Source: Alkanindiges illinoisensis DSM 15370 | Lineage (GTDB): Bacteria > Pseudomonadota > Gammaproteobacteria > Pseudomonadales > Moraxellaceae | DNA: 32,000 nt | Direction of reading: 5' to 3' | Assembly: GCF_000619845.1 (NCBI RefSeq) | Contig: NZ_JHUX01000003.1 | Span: 550,064-582,063 of the forward strand | In this document: one piece after another, positions 10,898 through 21,279 of the stretch | Layout of the letters: each line of letters begins with the position of its first letter | How positions within the stretch are numbered: position 1 is the stretch's first letter | Program-made: the position numbers and the translations under genes | Notes under the pieces: generated by a model | What the model was told of the DNA's origin: nothing | Database searches by the model: none | The model's input: the letters and a program-made list of their open reading frames with translations, nothing else

Positions 10898-12040
10898 TTA
10901 ACTTGAGCGTGTGGCCAGCCAGTTTGCCATCAATGGCCAGAACTCTGTGGCGGCCTGCTGGCTACTCATCAGACCAACATGACCACCGGGAATTGTGGTA
11001 AAGGTAACATCTTCGGTACCGACCAACCGTGTAAGCGGCCGTACTGAATCGACAGTCACCATGCCGTCATTGCATCCGCCACCTGCCAGCAGGGAAGCAT
11101 GAATATCCTTGAGGTAGGCGGTCTTGCCACCAATAGGAAATTCGCCACGGCTCAGGCTGTTTTCCATCCATACTTTTAGCAGCATATCCCGATTAATGCC
11201 ACCGGGATAATCCACCATATTGTTTAAAAATGAACCCAGCGTGGCATGGGCTTCCACAGCCTTGCGGTCATCAAGTTGCCGGATCAGGTTAATATGGCCT
11301 TTGAGTGTGCCTACAGGATCAAGCAGTTTGAAACCCAGCGCATTTGACCAGCCGGGCGAGTGTAATAGAGTTGCGGGAAGCTGACGCGGATGCAGGCCGG
11401 TTTTGTGCTGTAACCAGCGGAAGCTATTGCCCGCATGGCGGTACAAGCGGCCAATACCACCAGAGGCATACGCATCAATAGGCGTTCCCAGAATAATAAT
11501 GTTCTTAATGTCCGGGTCTTTGGTTGCTGCTGCATACAGCAGTGTAAATACACCAGCCATGCTCCAACCGTGCAGTGTTACCTGCTGTTGTCCACTATGC
11601 TGGCGCACCTGAGCCAGCATGTTTGGCATAAGTTCCAGCACGTAGTGTTCAAAATTCAGGTTTGCATGTTTGCGCGATGGATTGCCCCAGTCCATCAGGT
11701 AGACCTCAAACCCCTGTGCTGTAAAATAGCTGACCAGTGAGCGGTCATGAAACAGGTCATAAATATCCATGTTAATGGCCAACGGTGCAACAAATACCAG
11801 TGGAATCCGATACTTGATGGGAGCTGTGGCAGCCGCTGGATAGTAGCGCAAGGTTGCCAGACCGTCGTGATAAATTTCCTGATAGGCTGTCCTGCCGGAT
11901 TGTACTAATGGGGCCTTATTAAACAGCCGGTCATAGGCATTGATCAGGCGTGGATTCTTACGAAGCTGATTCACTGATGTAAACGGCTTGGGCTCAAGCG
12001 CCTTTGAAGTAAATGCCTTGGGTTTAAACAAATTGGACAT
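10898..12040 (-). CDS. Alpha/beta-fold hydrolase resembling class III PHA synthase but with Ser in the nucleophile elbow
   Basis: The ORF is open to 12181, but the first 47 codons look non-coding and ATG 12040 (MSNLFKPKAF) is the plausible start. The core PLVFVAPLAINMDIYDL...VYLMDWGNP...LHGWSMAG resembles the PhaC layout as I recall it. The nucleophile box is G-W-S-M-A-G. Confidence 0.8.
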   Translation of the reverse strand: MSNLFKPKAFTSKALEPKPFTSVNQLRKNPRLINAYDRLFNKAPLVQSGRTAYQEIYHDGLATLRYYPAAATAPIKYRIPLVFVAPLAINMDIYDLFHDRSLVSYFTAQGFEVYLMDWGNPSRKHANLNFEHYVLELMPNMLAQVRQHSGQQQVTLHGWSMAGVFTLLYAAATKDPDIKNIIILGTPIDAYASGGIGRLYRHAGNSFRWLQHKTGLHPRQLPATLLHSPGWSNALGFKLLDPVGTLKGHINLIRQLDDRKAVEAHATLGSFLNNMVDYPGGINRDMLLKVWMENSLSRGEFPIGGKTAYLKDIHASLLAGGGCNDGMVTVDSVRPLTRLVGTEDVTFTTIPGGHVGLMSSQQAATEFWPLMANWLATRSS

Positions 12041-12279
12041 GGCAGGACTCTGGCAATGTAGTACAACGGGATACAACAGGTAAACTACAGGAGTCTGCAA
12101 GAATGAATGCAAGAAACTGTAATCGACAAGGTCACTTATTTTAATCCAATACAACAACTGATGATTTGGCATTACTGACAATTTGTATTTTCAAAATTAT
12201 CAATAACCCTTGAATACAGGATGAGCCAATTTCTAAATTGCTTGCCGGGCTTACATCGCAATTTTCTAATAATTTAACC

Positions 12280-12308
12280 TTGACGGGCTGGTTTGCCGCT
12301 CTCACAAT
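12280..12308 (+). promoter_or_regulatory. Candidate sigma70 promoter for metZ
   Basis: TTGACG (12280..12285), 17-nt spacer, CACAAT (12303..12308), about 50 nt upstream of the ATG. Sequence match only. Confidence 0.3.
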
Positions 12309-12356
12309 TAACCCTTATTTGATAATCTGTGTTTTTAAGCACCTTGAGAGAAAAAA

Positions 12357-13595
12357 ATGAGTCAAACACCTGATTTTGAGCCTAATTCATTCAGTACTGC
12401 TAAACAGGATCAGGAATCGCAAAACCAGCATTTTGACACGCTGGCCTTGCGAACCGGACACCGCCGTACCCATGAAGGCGAACATGGTGAACCCATTTTT
12501 TTAACCTCATCATTTGTTTATCAGAGTGCTGCTGATGCGGCTGCCTATTTTTCCAATGAAAAGCAGGGCAATATCTACTCCCGTTTTACCAATCCCACGG
12601 TGCGTATGTTTGAAGAGCGTCTTGCCGCACTGGAAGGTGGCGAGCGTTGTGTGGCAACCTCTTCGGGTATGGGGGCTATTCTGGCCACTGCACTTGCATT
12701 CTTAAAAGCAGGGGACCATGTGGTGTGCTCACGTGCCGTGTTTGGCACGACTACTGCTATGTTTGACAAATACATGCGCAAGTTTGGTGTGGATGTTACG
12801 TTTGTTGATCTTACCGATTTAAGCCAGTGGCAAACTGCAATTCAGCCTAGCAAAACCCGGCTGTTCTTTTGTGAATCTCCCAGCAATCCATTGTCGGAAG
12901 TCGCTGACCTTAAGGCATTGTCCAGTCTGGCTCATCAGTATGATATTTTGCTGGCTGTAGACAACTGCTTTTGTACACCCGCCTTGCAACAGCCACTAAA
13001 ACTTGGCGCTGATCTGGTAATTCATTCGGCCACCAAATATCTGGATGGACAAGGTCGTGCGCTGGGTGGTGCGGTGGTAGGTAATGCCAAACTGCTGGAA
13101 GAAGTGTTTGCCGTAATTCGCACTTGTGGCCCCAGCATGAGCCCGTTTAATGCATGGATATTTCTTAAAGGTTTAGAAACCCTGCGCTTGCGTATGGAAG
13201 CACATTCCAAGAGCGCATTACAACTGGCCAATTGGCTACAAACCCATCCAGCCGTTGAAAAAGTCTTTTATAGTGGTCTGGAAAGTCACCCCGGTCATGC
13301 GCTGGCCAAACAGCAACAACGTGCCTTTGGCGGTATTGTTTCGTTTATTGTCAAAGGTAAGCGTGCAGGTGCATGGTCGGTGATTGACCAGACTCAATTT
13401 ATTTCCATTACCGGTAATCTGGGTGATGCCAAAACCACAATTACCCATCCAGCCACAACCACGCATGGCAAGTTGTCTAATGAAGCAAAGGCAGCTGCGG
13501 GGATTGTCGAAGGCTTGCTGCGTGTATCAGTGGGTCTGGAAGATATTGACGATATTCAGGCTGATTTGGCACGTGGCCTTGATCAGTTGGCTTAA
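12357..13595 (+). CDS. metZ: O-succinylhomoserine sulfhydrylase / Cys-Met metabolism PLP enzyme
   Basis: 412-aa ORF of the cystathionine gamma-synthase family, with the PLP-lysine segment [11 protein letters not shown]. The N-terminal extension and overall pattern fit MetZ-type enzymes. Confidence 0.85.
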   Translation: MSQTPDFEPNSFSTAKQDQESQNQHFDTLALRTGHRRTHEGEHGEPIFLTSSFVYQSAADAAAYFSNEKQGNIYSRFTNPTVRMFEERLAALEGGERCVATSSGMGAILATALAFLKAGDHVVCSRAVFGTTTAMFDKYMRKFGVDVTFVDLTDLSQWQTAIQPSKTRLFFCESPSNPLSEVADLKALSSLAHQYDILLAVDNCFCTPALQQPLKLGADLVIHSATKYLDGQGRALGGAVVGNAKLLEEVFAVIRTCGPSMSPFNAWIFLKGLETLRLRMEAHSKSALQLANWLQTHPAVEKVFYSGLESHPGHALAKQQQRAFGGIVSFIVKGKRAGAWSVIDQTQFISITGNLGDAKTTITHPATTTHGKLSNEAKAAAGIVEGLLRVSVGLEDIDDIQADLARGLDQLA

Positions 13596-13633
13596 CTCGA
13601 CTCATTCATTTTATTTTCATCAGGAGACGTGAC

Positions 13634-13963
13634 ATGAACATTAATATGCTGATGCAGCAAGCGCAGCGCATGCAAAAAGATGTTGAAGCCAATATCAAAA
13701 AGGCCAAGGAACAACTGGCACAAACTGAAGTGAATGCTGAAGCCGGTGGTGGTCTGGTTAAAGTCACCATGACCGGCCGTTTTGTGGTCAAACGGATTCA
13801 GATTGATCCTGAGTTACTAAAAGATGATGCCGATATCATTGAAGATTTAATTGCAGCCGCCATTAATGATGCAGTACGTCAGGCTGAAACCGTTTCTGAA
13901 GAAACCATGCAAAAAGCCAATAGTGGCATGGGACTTCCACCGGGAATGGCAGGTCTGTTTTAA
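13634..13963 (+). CDS. ybaB: Nucleoid-associated protein YbaB/EbfC
   Basis: 109-aa ORF ([12 protein letters not shown]...[25 protein letters not shown]...[11 protein letters not shown]) lying immediately upstream of recR, the conserved synteny. Confidence 0.9.
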   Translation: MNINMLMQQAQRMQKDVEANIKKAKEQLAQTEVNAEAGGGLVKVTMTGRFVVKRIQIDPELLKDDADIIEDLIAAAINDAVRQAETVSEETMQKANSGMGLPPGMAGLF

Positions 13964-14083
13964 TCTAAGATATACAGCGCAGGATAAATATGTCTGGAAT
14001 ACTTTTTTCCAAGGGTGAGGTTAGCGGCTTTGCGCTCAGGTCGAGCATGAGAAGCATCGCTTCGCAAGGACTGGTCTTCGCTC

Positions 14084-14680
14084 ATGTTTAGTCCAGCGTT
14101 TGATGATCTGGTGCAGCGCCTGCGGGTGCTGCCGGGTATTGGCCCAAAATCTGCGCAGCGCATGGCATTACATTTGCTGTCGCGTAATCGGCATGGGGCG
14201 CTGGATTTGGCGCATGCCTTGAACCATGCCATGCATTCTATCCAAAGTTGTGCCATGTGCCGCTCTTTGTCTGAGAAAGAAGTCTGCAATATTTGTGCTT
14301 CCAATGACCGTGACCAGCATTTGCTTTGCGTGGTGGAATCACCTGCCGATGTGATTGCCATTGAACAAAGTGGTAGCTTTAAAGGACGCTATTTTGTATT
14401 GGGTGGGCACTTGTCACCGTTGGATGGCATTGGCCCGGAGGAAATAGGCATTCCGTTATTGCTGTCACGGATTAACCACGAAGAAATTAGTGAGGTTATT
14501 CTGGCAACCAATGCCACTGTAGAAGGGCAGGCGACTGCGCACTATATTATCGAAGCCAGCAAAAACCTGCCTATTAAGGTCACCCGCATTGCGCAGGGCG
14601 TACCACAAGGCGGCGAACTGGAGTATGTGGATAGCCATACCTTAAGTCAGGCTTTGCAGTATCGTTTATCCGTACGTTAA
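14084..14680 (+). CDS. recR: Recombination protein RecR
   Basis: 198-aa ORF with HhH ([13 protein letters not shown]), a Cys4 zinc finger ([16 protein letters not shown]) and a Toprim segment ([15 protein letters not shown]). Confidence 0.95.
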   Translation: MFSPAFDDLVQRLRVLPGIGPKSAQRMALHLLSRNRHGALDLAHALNHAMHSIQSCAMCRSLSEKEVCNICASNDRDQHLLCVVESPADVIAIEQSGSFKGRYFVLGGHLSPLDGIGPEEIGIPLLLSRINHEEISEVILATNATVEGQATAHYIIEASKNLPIKVTRIAQGVPQGGELEYVDSHTLSQALQYRLSVR

Positions 14681-14850
14681 AGCATCTTAAGCCTGGCTAA
14701 TTAATGAGCTAACAGTAAAGCAATTTGTCCAAAAAAGCTGGCTAAAAATTGTCTAAATGGTTGGCTTATTGCTTAAATTATTGCTTTTAGCTTGTCAGCC
14801 ATTAGGCAACGTGGCTTAATGGTTTCCTAGATTGTTACGGTAGAAAATGG

Positions 14851-15993
14851 ATGTTCCAGTACATCACTCAGCAGGATCAGCTGTATGATTTGTACGCTGC
14901 TATGGCCAGTACAGATACGTATGCTCTGGATACCGAATTTATTAAAGTCAATACGTTAAGACCTTGCCTGGGCCTGCTGCAAATTAACGTTGATGGACAA
15001 GTGTTTTTGCTGGATGGTAAAACGCTTGACCTTACTGATTTATGGCTGCTTATTTTTAATGCACGCCTGAATATTCTGCATGCCTGTGGCGAAGACCTTG
15101 ATCTGATTCATTATTATGCCAACCAGAAGCCGCTATCAAATGTATTTGATACGCAGGTTGGATTAGCATTTCTGGGTCATGGCTTGCAGCTGAGTTACCA
15201 GCAGGCACTAAGCCAGGAGCTGGATATCCAGATTGACAAGGGTGAAACCCGTTCTGATTGGCTGGCACGTCCGCTACGTCCTGAACAATTGCAATATGCA
15301 GCCAATGATGTCATTCACTTGCCCGCACTGGCCCAAACCATTCAGCAGCAGCTTCAGCACAAGCAGCTGTGGGAATATGTACTGGAAGACTGCCAGACCT
15401 GCGCGCATGAAATTGCCAGTGAAACCCCACTGACTGAGCTTTATCTTGAAGTTGCCAATTTTCGCTATAACCGCAAACAGCTGGCCCAGCTTCAGCAGCT
15501 TTGCATCTGGCGTGAACAAATTGCCCGTGCTACCGACCAGCCCAAAAGCTTTATCTTAAAAAATAGTACGATGGTTGATTTGCTGGATAAGCAGCCCATG
15601 AATGCCTATCAATTGCAACGCATTAAGGACTTACGTCCCAATATCCAGCGTGAACATGGTAAAACCATTCTGGATCTCATGCATTATTTGCCAGAGCATT
15701 CGCAGTGGCCAATGCGTTTACCACGACCTTTACGCTTTAAAAACAATGAATTGCTGGATCATGTTAGTCATTACGTAGAATCGGTTAGCCAGAGTATTCA
15801 GGTGCCGACAGAAGTGTTGCTGCGTAAAAAATGGCTGAGTGCCATGATTAATCTTGTCGCGCTTAAAGAAGATGAAAGCAAATTACCGCCCTTCTTGTTG
15901 GGCTGGCGCTATGACTTGCTCACCCGTCCCATTTTAAGTTTGCTGAGCCAGCAACAACAGGCCCTCGCTGCCGAAATGTCCCCTGTGGATTAG
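14851..15993 (+). CDS. rnd: Ribonuclease D
   Basis: 380-aa ORF with DEDD 3'-5' exonuclease motifs (ALDTEF, HACGEDL, YAANDV) followed by an HRDC-like region. Confidence 0.9.
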   Translation: MFQYITQQDQLYDLYAAMASTDTYALDTEFIKVNTLRPCLGLLQINVDGQVFLLDGKTLDLTDLWLLIFNARLNILHACGEDLDLIHYYANQKPLSNVFDTQVGLAFLGHGLQLSYQQALSQELDIQIDKGETRSDWLARPLRPEQLQYAANDVIHLPALAQTIQQQLQHKQLWEYVLEDCQTCAHEIASETPLTELYLEVANFRYNRKQLAQLQQLCIWREQIARATDQPKSFILKNSTMVDLLDKQPMNAYQLQRIKDLRPNIQREHGKTILDLMHYLPEHSQWPMRLPRPLRFKNNELLDHVSHYVESVSQSIQVPTEVLLRKKWLSAMINLVALKEDESKLPPFLLGWRYDLLTRPILSLLSQQQQALAAEMSPVD

Positions 15994-16074
15994 CAAATTT
16001 TACTCACCAGTCTAAACTTTCAGTCAATGGCATTCTTTCAAATTAGTGTATGCTAGGCGGGTTATTGGTGATCC

Positions 16075-16392
16075 ATGTTGACATCTATGCATTGCGATAT
16101 TTATAAGTCCAGCAAAAAAGATGAAATGTATCTGTACATTGCGCGCCCGGATTATCCGGATGATGCCGATGTCCTAGACCCGCTTGCCGTGGTTCCTGCG
16201 TCATTAAGGCAGGCTTTTGGCCGTGCTACATTTGTCATGCATCTGGAACTACAGCCTGACCGTAAACTGGCGCGTGTCAATGTTCAGGATGTCTTGCAAG
16301 CTTTTAACCAGCAAGGATATTTTCTGCAACTTCCACCAGAAGGGCTGATTTCTGCCACAGCGCCTGCACCAGAGGGCTTGCGCGGTGCCTGA
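16075..16392 (+). CDS. YcgL domain-containing protein
   Basis: 105-aa [19 protein letters not shown] ... QGYFLQLPP matches the YcgL pattern (E. coli YcgL has CVIYRSSKRDQTYLYV ... QGYYLQLPP). The start may be ATG 16087. Confidence 0.8.
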   Translation: MLTSMHCDIYKSSKKDEMYLYIARPDYPDDADVLDPLAVVPASLRQAFGRATFVMHLELQPDRKLARVNVQDVLQAFNQQGYFLQLPPEGLISATAPAPEGLRGA

Positions 16393-16747
16393 CCTCTTTG
16401 CATTTCTCGACAACATTCCTGAATATTATCTGGCAATTGCCATCTATCTGGGTGGTAGCCTGTTTGTGCTTTGGCTCTGGTATTTTATTGCCCGGGCGTT
16501 GCCACGGCCTATTGGTGGCATGAGCTGGATATTCCTGTTTGCAGTGCTGCTATCGCCAACCATTACTGAAGGAACCAATGCCAAGATTGCACCAGCAATT
16601 GTCGGGCTAATGTTTGGCTTCCTAACCGATGAAAAGCACCTGATCTGGTCTAATCTGGTTCCAATTCTTTTTGTGTCAGCGCTTGGGTTTTTTCTGGGAT
16701 ATTTGTGGAACAAATATCAGGAATACCATCAGCCAGCTGCTGAATAA
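16385..16747 (+). CDS. Small integral membrane protein, unknown function
   Basis: 120-aa ORF with 3-4 hydrophobic helices. Its GTG start overlaps the YcgL stop (GTGCCTGA), which suggests translational coupling. Confidence 0.65.
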   Translation: MPDLFAFLDNIPEYYLAIAIYLGGSLFVLWLWYFIARALPRPIGGMSWIFLFAVLLSPTITEGTNAKIAPAIVGLMFGFLTDEKHLIWSNLVPILFVSALGFFLGYLWNKYQEYHQPAAE

Positions 16748-16807
16748 TATAGTGATTTAGCCGTATAGCTTAATTGACGCCAATTTCTCTTTTGTAATGA
16801 TCTTATT

Positions 16808-17671
16808 GTGATGAATCCCATGACAAACCTACAGCAAAAATTTAGTGGTACAGACCAGTACATTGCAACAGACAACTTGCGTCTGGCAGTCAATGCAGCC
16901 CGTACTCTGCAAAAACCCCTACTGGTTAAAGGTGAACCGGGTACAGGTAAAACCTTACTCGCCGAACAGGTAGCCAAAAGCCTTGGCATGAAGCTGATCA
17001 CCTGGCACATCAAGTCAACTACCAAGGCACAACAAGGCCTGTATGAGTATGATGCTGTATCGCGCCTGCGTGACAGCCAGCTGGGTGATAACAAGGTTTA
17101 TGACATTGGGCATTACATCAAGCCGGGCAAATTATGGGAAGCTTTTACCAGTGATGAGCGCTGCGTGCTGCTGATTGATGAAATTGACAAGGCCGACATT
17201 GAATTCCCCAATGATTTGCTGCATGAACTGGATCGCATGGCATTTTATGTGTATGAAACTGGCGAAACCATTAGTGCCAAGCAGCGTCCCGTCGTTATCA
17301 TTACCTCAAACAATGAAAAAGAATTGCCGGATGCTTTCTTGCGTCGCTGCTTTTTCCATTACATTGAGTTTCCTGATGAAGCCACCATGCGCCAGATTAT
17401 TGATGTGCATTTCCCCAATATCCGTGAAGGGCTGGTGAGTGAAGCACTACAGATTTTCTTCAAGCTGCGTGACGTGCCGGGCCTGAAAAAACCGCCATCC
17501 ACAAGTGAATTGATCGACTGGCTTAGCCTGCTCATGGCTGATGACATGCCGGAAGATGTACTGCGCAAGCGTGATCCCAAATCGGCTATTCCTCCATTAT
17601 ATGGTGCCTTGATTAAAAATGAGCAGGATGTACAACTGCTGGAACGCCTTGCCTTTATGTCACGTCGCTAA
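16808..17671 (+). CDS. MoxR-like AAA+ ATPase
   Basis: 287-aa ORF with Walker A GEPGTGKT, Walker B LLIDEIDKA and the MoxR/CbbQ-type single AAA module. A VWA protein gene follows. Confidence 0.9.
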   Translation: MMNPMTNLQQKFSGTDQYIATDNLRLAVNAARTLQKPLLVKGEPGTGKTLLAEQVAKSLGMKLITWHIKSTTKAQQGLYEYDAVSRLRDSQLGDNKVYDIGHYIKPGKLWEAFTSDERCVLLIDEIDKADIEFPNDLLHELDRMAFYVYETGETISAKQRPVVIITSNNEKELPDAFLRRCFFHYIEFPDEATMRQIIDVHFPNIREGLVSEALQIFFKLRDVPGLKKPPSTSELIDWLSLLMADDMPEDVLRKRDPKSAIPPLYGALIKNEQDVQLLERLAFMSRR

Positions 17672-17695
17672 CCTGAGTTATAAGCTGGGCAGTCC

Positions 17696-18883
17696 ATGTT
17701 TGTTCATCTGTTTTATACCCTGAAAAAATACGGTGTGCCGGTTACCACCACGGAACTGCTGGATTTGAATCAAGCCGTTCAGGCAGGGTTGGTATTTGCG
17801 GATCGTGAGGAATTTTATCATCTGGCCAAATTATGTCTGGTTAAGGATGAGCGTTACTACGATAAGTTTGACCGTGCTATCAAGGATTATTTCGAGGGCA
17901 TTCAGTCGCTTGATACAGATGAGCTGCTGGAGCGGCTAAAGCAGATTCCACCTGAATGGCTGGATCTGGAACTGCTGGAAAAAACCCTGACGCCAGAAGA
18001 AAAAGCATTGCTGGAAAAAGCGGGTTCACTTGAAGAACTGATGAAAATGTTGCAAGAGCGTTTGCGCGAACAACATAAAAAACATCAGGGCGGCAACAAG
18101 ATGATTGGCACAGGTGGCACTTCACCATTTGGCGCTTATGGTGATAATCCAGAGGGTGTGCGTATCGGTGGGCCAGGTCGGCAGCGTTCAGCAGTCAAGG
18201 TGTGGGAACAGCGTCAATACCGTAACCTTGATGATGATCAGGTATTGGGCACACGCCAGATGCAAATTGCCTTGCGCCGCTTAAGGCGTTTTGCACGGCA
18301 GGGCGCTGCTGAGGAACTGGATGTTGACCTAACCATTGATGCGACAGCGCGTCAGGGTATGCTGGATATCCAGATGGTGCCGGAGCGTCGCAATCGGGTT
18401 AAAGTGCTGATGCTGTTTGATATTGGTGGCTCAATGGATAGTTATATCCAGCAGTGTGAGAAGCTGTTTAGTGCTGCCAAATCCGAATTTAAAACCTTAG
18501 AGTTTTTTTATTTCCACAACTGCTTATATGATCATGTCTGGAAAGATAACTTGCGCCGCTCCAGTAGTCGTATGAGTACGTGGGACTTGATGCATACCTA
18601 TGGCAAGGATTACCGTGTGATTTTTGTCGGCGATGCCAGCATGGCGCCTTATGAGCTGATGTCACGTGGTGGGTCGGTTGAGTACATGAATGATGAGCCG
18701 GGTAATGTCTGGTTGCAGCGTATGCGTCATCATTTTAGTAAAACCGCATGGTTAAATCCTGAAGATGACAGTTATTGGCATTACACCCAAACGATTGCAG
18801 CCATTAAGCAGATTTTTGAGGATAAAATGTTCCCAATGACTTTAAACGGTATTGAGGATATGACTCGGTATTTATCCCGCTAA
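17696..18883 (+). CDS. VWA domain-containing protein (CoxE-like partner of MoxR ATPase)
   Basis: 395-aa ORF whose C-terminal half has a VWA/MIDAS-like start (VLMLFDIGGSMDS). Pairing with an upstream MoxR ATPase is the classical arrangement. Confidence 0.85.
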   Translation: MFVHLFYTLKKYGVPVTTTELLDLNQAVQAGLVFADREEFYHLAKLCLVKDERYYDKFDRAIKDYFEGIQSLDTDELLERLKQIPPEWLDLELLEKTLTPEEKALLEKAGSLEELMKMLQERLREQHKKHQGGNKMIGTGGTSPFGAYGDNPEGVRIGGPGRQRSAVKVWEQRQYRNLDDDQVLGTRQMQIALRRLRRFARQGAAEELDVDLTIDATARQGMLDIQMVPERRNRVKVLMLFDIGGSMDSYIQQCEKLFSAAKSEFKTLEFFYFHNCLYDHVWKDNLRRSSSRMSTWDLMHTYGKDYRVIFVGDASMAPYELMSRGGSVEYMNDEPGNVWLQRMRHHFSKTAWLNPEDDSYWHYTQTIAAIKQIFEDKMFPMTLNGIEDMTRYLSR

Positions 18884-18933
18884 ACAGTAGTTGCACAGGC
18901 TGCTTACTTTTGCCGTTTAATCCAATCAAGCTA

Positions 18934-18970
18934 TAAAAAAGAGCGAGAAATTCCCGCTCTTTTTGTTTTT
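18934..18970. terminator. Bidirectional terminator between convergent VWA and lipase genes
   Basis: aaaaaagagcg ... cgctctttttgttttt. Confidence 0.65.
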
Positions 18971-18991
18971 AATAACGATATTGCAAAAGCA

Positions 18992-20227
18992 TTATTTGGC
19001 AGGCAGGTTCTGTTGTAGAAAGCCAAATAAATAATCGGTACCTTCTGTAATCACAGTGCCGTGATCTTTACCGGGGAGGTAAGCAACATTAACATTAGTC
19101 CCCTCAGCTCGTAGTTGGCTTTCCAAGCTTCGTGTAGCAAGCGCAGGTACTGTGGTATCTGCCTCACCCTGAATGATCAGTACGGGCTGGGTAATTTGCT
19201 TTGTTGCTATTTTTGAATTTTGCAGGAATTCAGCAATAGCTGGCACTGTATAGAAAGTAGGTGAAAGACCAGGGTACAGACTAGTCGCATTCGCAGGCTC
19301 ATTATAATAAGCGGTAATATCATTGCTGAATGCACCTGCTAAAGAGCTCGTACAATCTGTCTCTGCTTTAGCGGCAATGGTTGCTGAGCGTTCACTGGTA
19401 AATGCATCTGTATATTTAAAATCAGAATGAATTTCACGAATGCCCGCTGTAGCCAACGCTGAGAAGGTTTGCAGCCCAGGTAAGGTGGCCTGAGCAGTAG
19501 GAATCCCGGTAGCTGTTTGGAGTGCGGCTTGTACTTGCTGATAACCACCTATTAAAATTGCATCCAGATTAGAGGCAGGGGCATAGGCAACAGCGCCTTT
19601 AAAGTTCAAATGGGCTTCACTGGCGCGTTCAGCCGCAGCAATAGCTGCGTGTCCACCTTGAGAGTGGCCAACCACCATCCAGTCATTAGAAGTATTGGCA
19701 ACCAGACTCTTGGCTGCTATAACGGCATGAATAATGGATTCGCCTTCGCTATTGGCGTTGAGGAAGGGATGAATACCATCACCGCCCAAACCTTCATAAT
19801 CTGGTGCTACCACCACATAACCATTGATCAGCAGGTTAGCAATTAAACTATCAGCACCGCCCAGATTGGTGCTTGCGCTTGGTGCACATTTATCCGCTAC
19901 ACCTACGGTACCATGTGCCCAGACTACAATAGGCCAGCCACCTGCAGGTGCTCTACCATTTGGCACTAAAACAACTGCTGTTGCCGTCGTGTTTTTATTA
20001 TCAGGGTCAGTTACTTTGGGCATTGTATAGGTAATGAGTTTGCTTTGTGCTGCAAGCCCCTGAGTTTTGGCATAGCTGACATCTGCAGTGCTGGTAATTT
20101 GACTTGTTGTGGCAGGATAGCTGTACTGATCATGAGTATTGGAGTCACCGCCACAACCACTAAGAAGTAAAGCAGTAGTGAGGGCAGATATAGAAAATAT
20201 TTTACTTACAGAAAATACGTTTTTCAT
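18992..20227 (-). CDS. Secreted lipase / alpha/beta hydrolase lipoprotein (LIP-type)
   Basis: 411-aa ORF with a lipoprotein signal peptide and lipobox (LLLSGC), the nucleophile elbow GHSQGG, and a layout resembling the secretory lipase family. Confidence 0.85.
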   Translation of the reverse strand: MKNVFSVSKIFSISALTTALLLSGCGGDSNTHDQYSYPATTSQITSTADVSYAKTQGLAAQSKLITYTMPKVTDPDNKNTTATAVVLVPNGRAPAGGWPIVVWAHGTVGVADKCAPSASTNLGGADSLIANLLINGYVVVAPDYEGLGGDGIHPFLNANSEGESIIHAVIAAKSLVANTSNDWMVVGHSQGGHAAIAAAERASEAHLNFKGAVAYAPASNLDAILIGGYQQVQAALQTATGIPTAQATLPGLQTFSALATAGIREIHSDFKYTDAFTSERSATIAAKAETDCTSSLAGAFSNDITAYYNEPANATSLYPGLSPTFYTVPAIAEFLQNSKIATKQITQPVLIIQGEADTTVPALATRSLESQLRAEGTNVNVAYLPGKDHGTVITEGTDYLFGFLQQNLPAK

Positions 20228-20393
20228 AAAAATTCCTTTTTAATCCTCATATATTGTGAAGGGAATATGGGTTAAATCGAGAATATATAAAGTTCAAGAA
20301 AAACTGTTTAAAGAAATTGTATTATTGTGTAATAAATAAAAAATATTAAAAAAATGATTGTTGCAACATCTATTATTGCAGGGCAGGAAGTGA

Positions 20394-20840
20394 TTATCCT
20401 AAGCGTGCTTTTATTTTTCCAGAAACTACACTGGCATCAGCACGACCCGCGATTTTTGGCCGTAATGCATTCATTACCTTGCCCATATCGCGAATGGTCG
20501 TGGCGCCTTGTTCGCTAATTTCATCTTCAATCAGTGTATCCAGTTCTTGCTCGGATAACGCTGCTGGCAGAAATTGACTTATCACCCCGATTTCAAATTG
20601 TTCTTTAGCAGCCAAATCATCACGTCCTGCACCAGAAAAGGCAGAAATAGATTCCTTGCGTTGCTTAATTTGTTTCTCTAAAACTGCCAATACTCGTGCG
20701 TCATCCAGTTCTTCACGAGTATCAACCTCTATTTGCTTGATTGCAGCCTGCACATTACGAATTACTGTGACAGTATCCATATCGCGTTCGCGCATGGATG
20801 CTTTTAATGCTTCAGTAATCTGGGATTTTAATGCAGACAT
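20394..20840 (-). CDS. GatB/YqeY domain-containing protein
   Basis: 148-aa ORF (LKASMRERDMDTVTVIRNVQAAIKQ ... MGKVMNALRPKIAGRADASVVSGKIKARL), the typical YqeY pattern, lying downstream of rpsU. Confidence 0.9.
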   Translation of the reverse strand: MSALKSQITEALKASMRERDMDTVTVIRNVQAAIKQIEVDTREELDDARVLAVLEKQIKQRKESISAFSGAGRDDLAAKEQFEIGVISQFLPAALSEQELDTLIEDEISEQGATTIRDMGKVMNALRPKIAGRADASVVSGKIKARLG

Positions 20841-20886
20841 GGCAAACAGACCTTACTAATTAATAGTTATTAAATTAAACGATTAA

Positions 20887-21102
20887 TTAGTACAAGCGAG
20901 TTGTACGAACAGACTCACGAGCCAGTTTTTTCGCGTAACGCTTTACAGCAGCAGCTTTTTTACGCTTACGCTCTTGAGTTGGCTTTTCGTAGAATTCGCG
21001 CTTGCGCACGTCAGCCAATACACCTGCTTTTTCGCAAGAACGCTTAAAACGACGGATCGCAACGTCAACTGGTTCGCCTTCTTTCAACTTAACTTGTGGC
21101 AT
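20887..21102 (-). CDS. rpsU: 30S ribosomal protein S21
   Basis: 71-aa [59 protein letters not shown], essentially the canonical S21 sequence. Confidence 0.97.
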   Translation of the reverse strand: MPQVKLKEGEPVDVAIRRFKRSCEKAGVLADVRKREFYEKPTQERKRKKAAAVKRYAKKLARESVRTTRLY

Positions 21103-21279
21103 GTAACATCCTCTGGAGGTTGATATTAACGCGCCTGATGTTTATCCAGTCATTGGATAGATACAAAGCAAGGACGCAGTAAAGGCCAGTATTTTACGCG
21201 TTTACATCTACAAGAACAAGACTATAATAACTCCGTTTGTAGTTATTTTTTATGCAGGACTTTTGCGGGTAGGCACCTT

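Noticed and set aside
12182-12356. Possible riboswitch or leader upstream of metZ
   Set aside because: I could not recognise any SAM-type riboswitch core or a convincing terminator/antiterminator pair. Only a promoter-like TTGACG-17-CACAAT stands out.
13960-14361. 133-aa ORF on the - strand spanning the ybaB-recR gap and the recR 5' end
   Set aside because: It overlaps the unmistakable RecR N-terminus (HhH and zinc finger) on the other strand and has no RBS or motif of its own.
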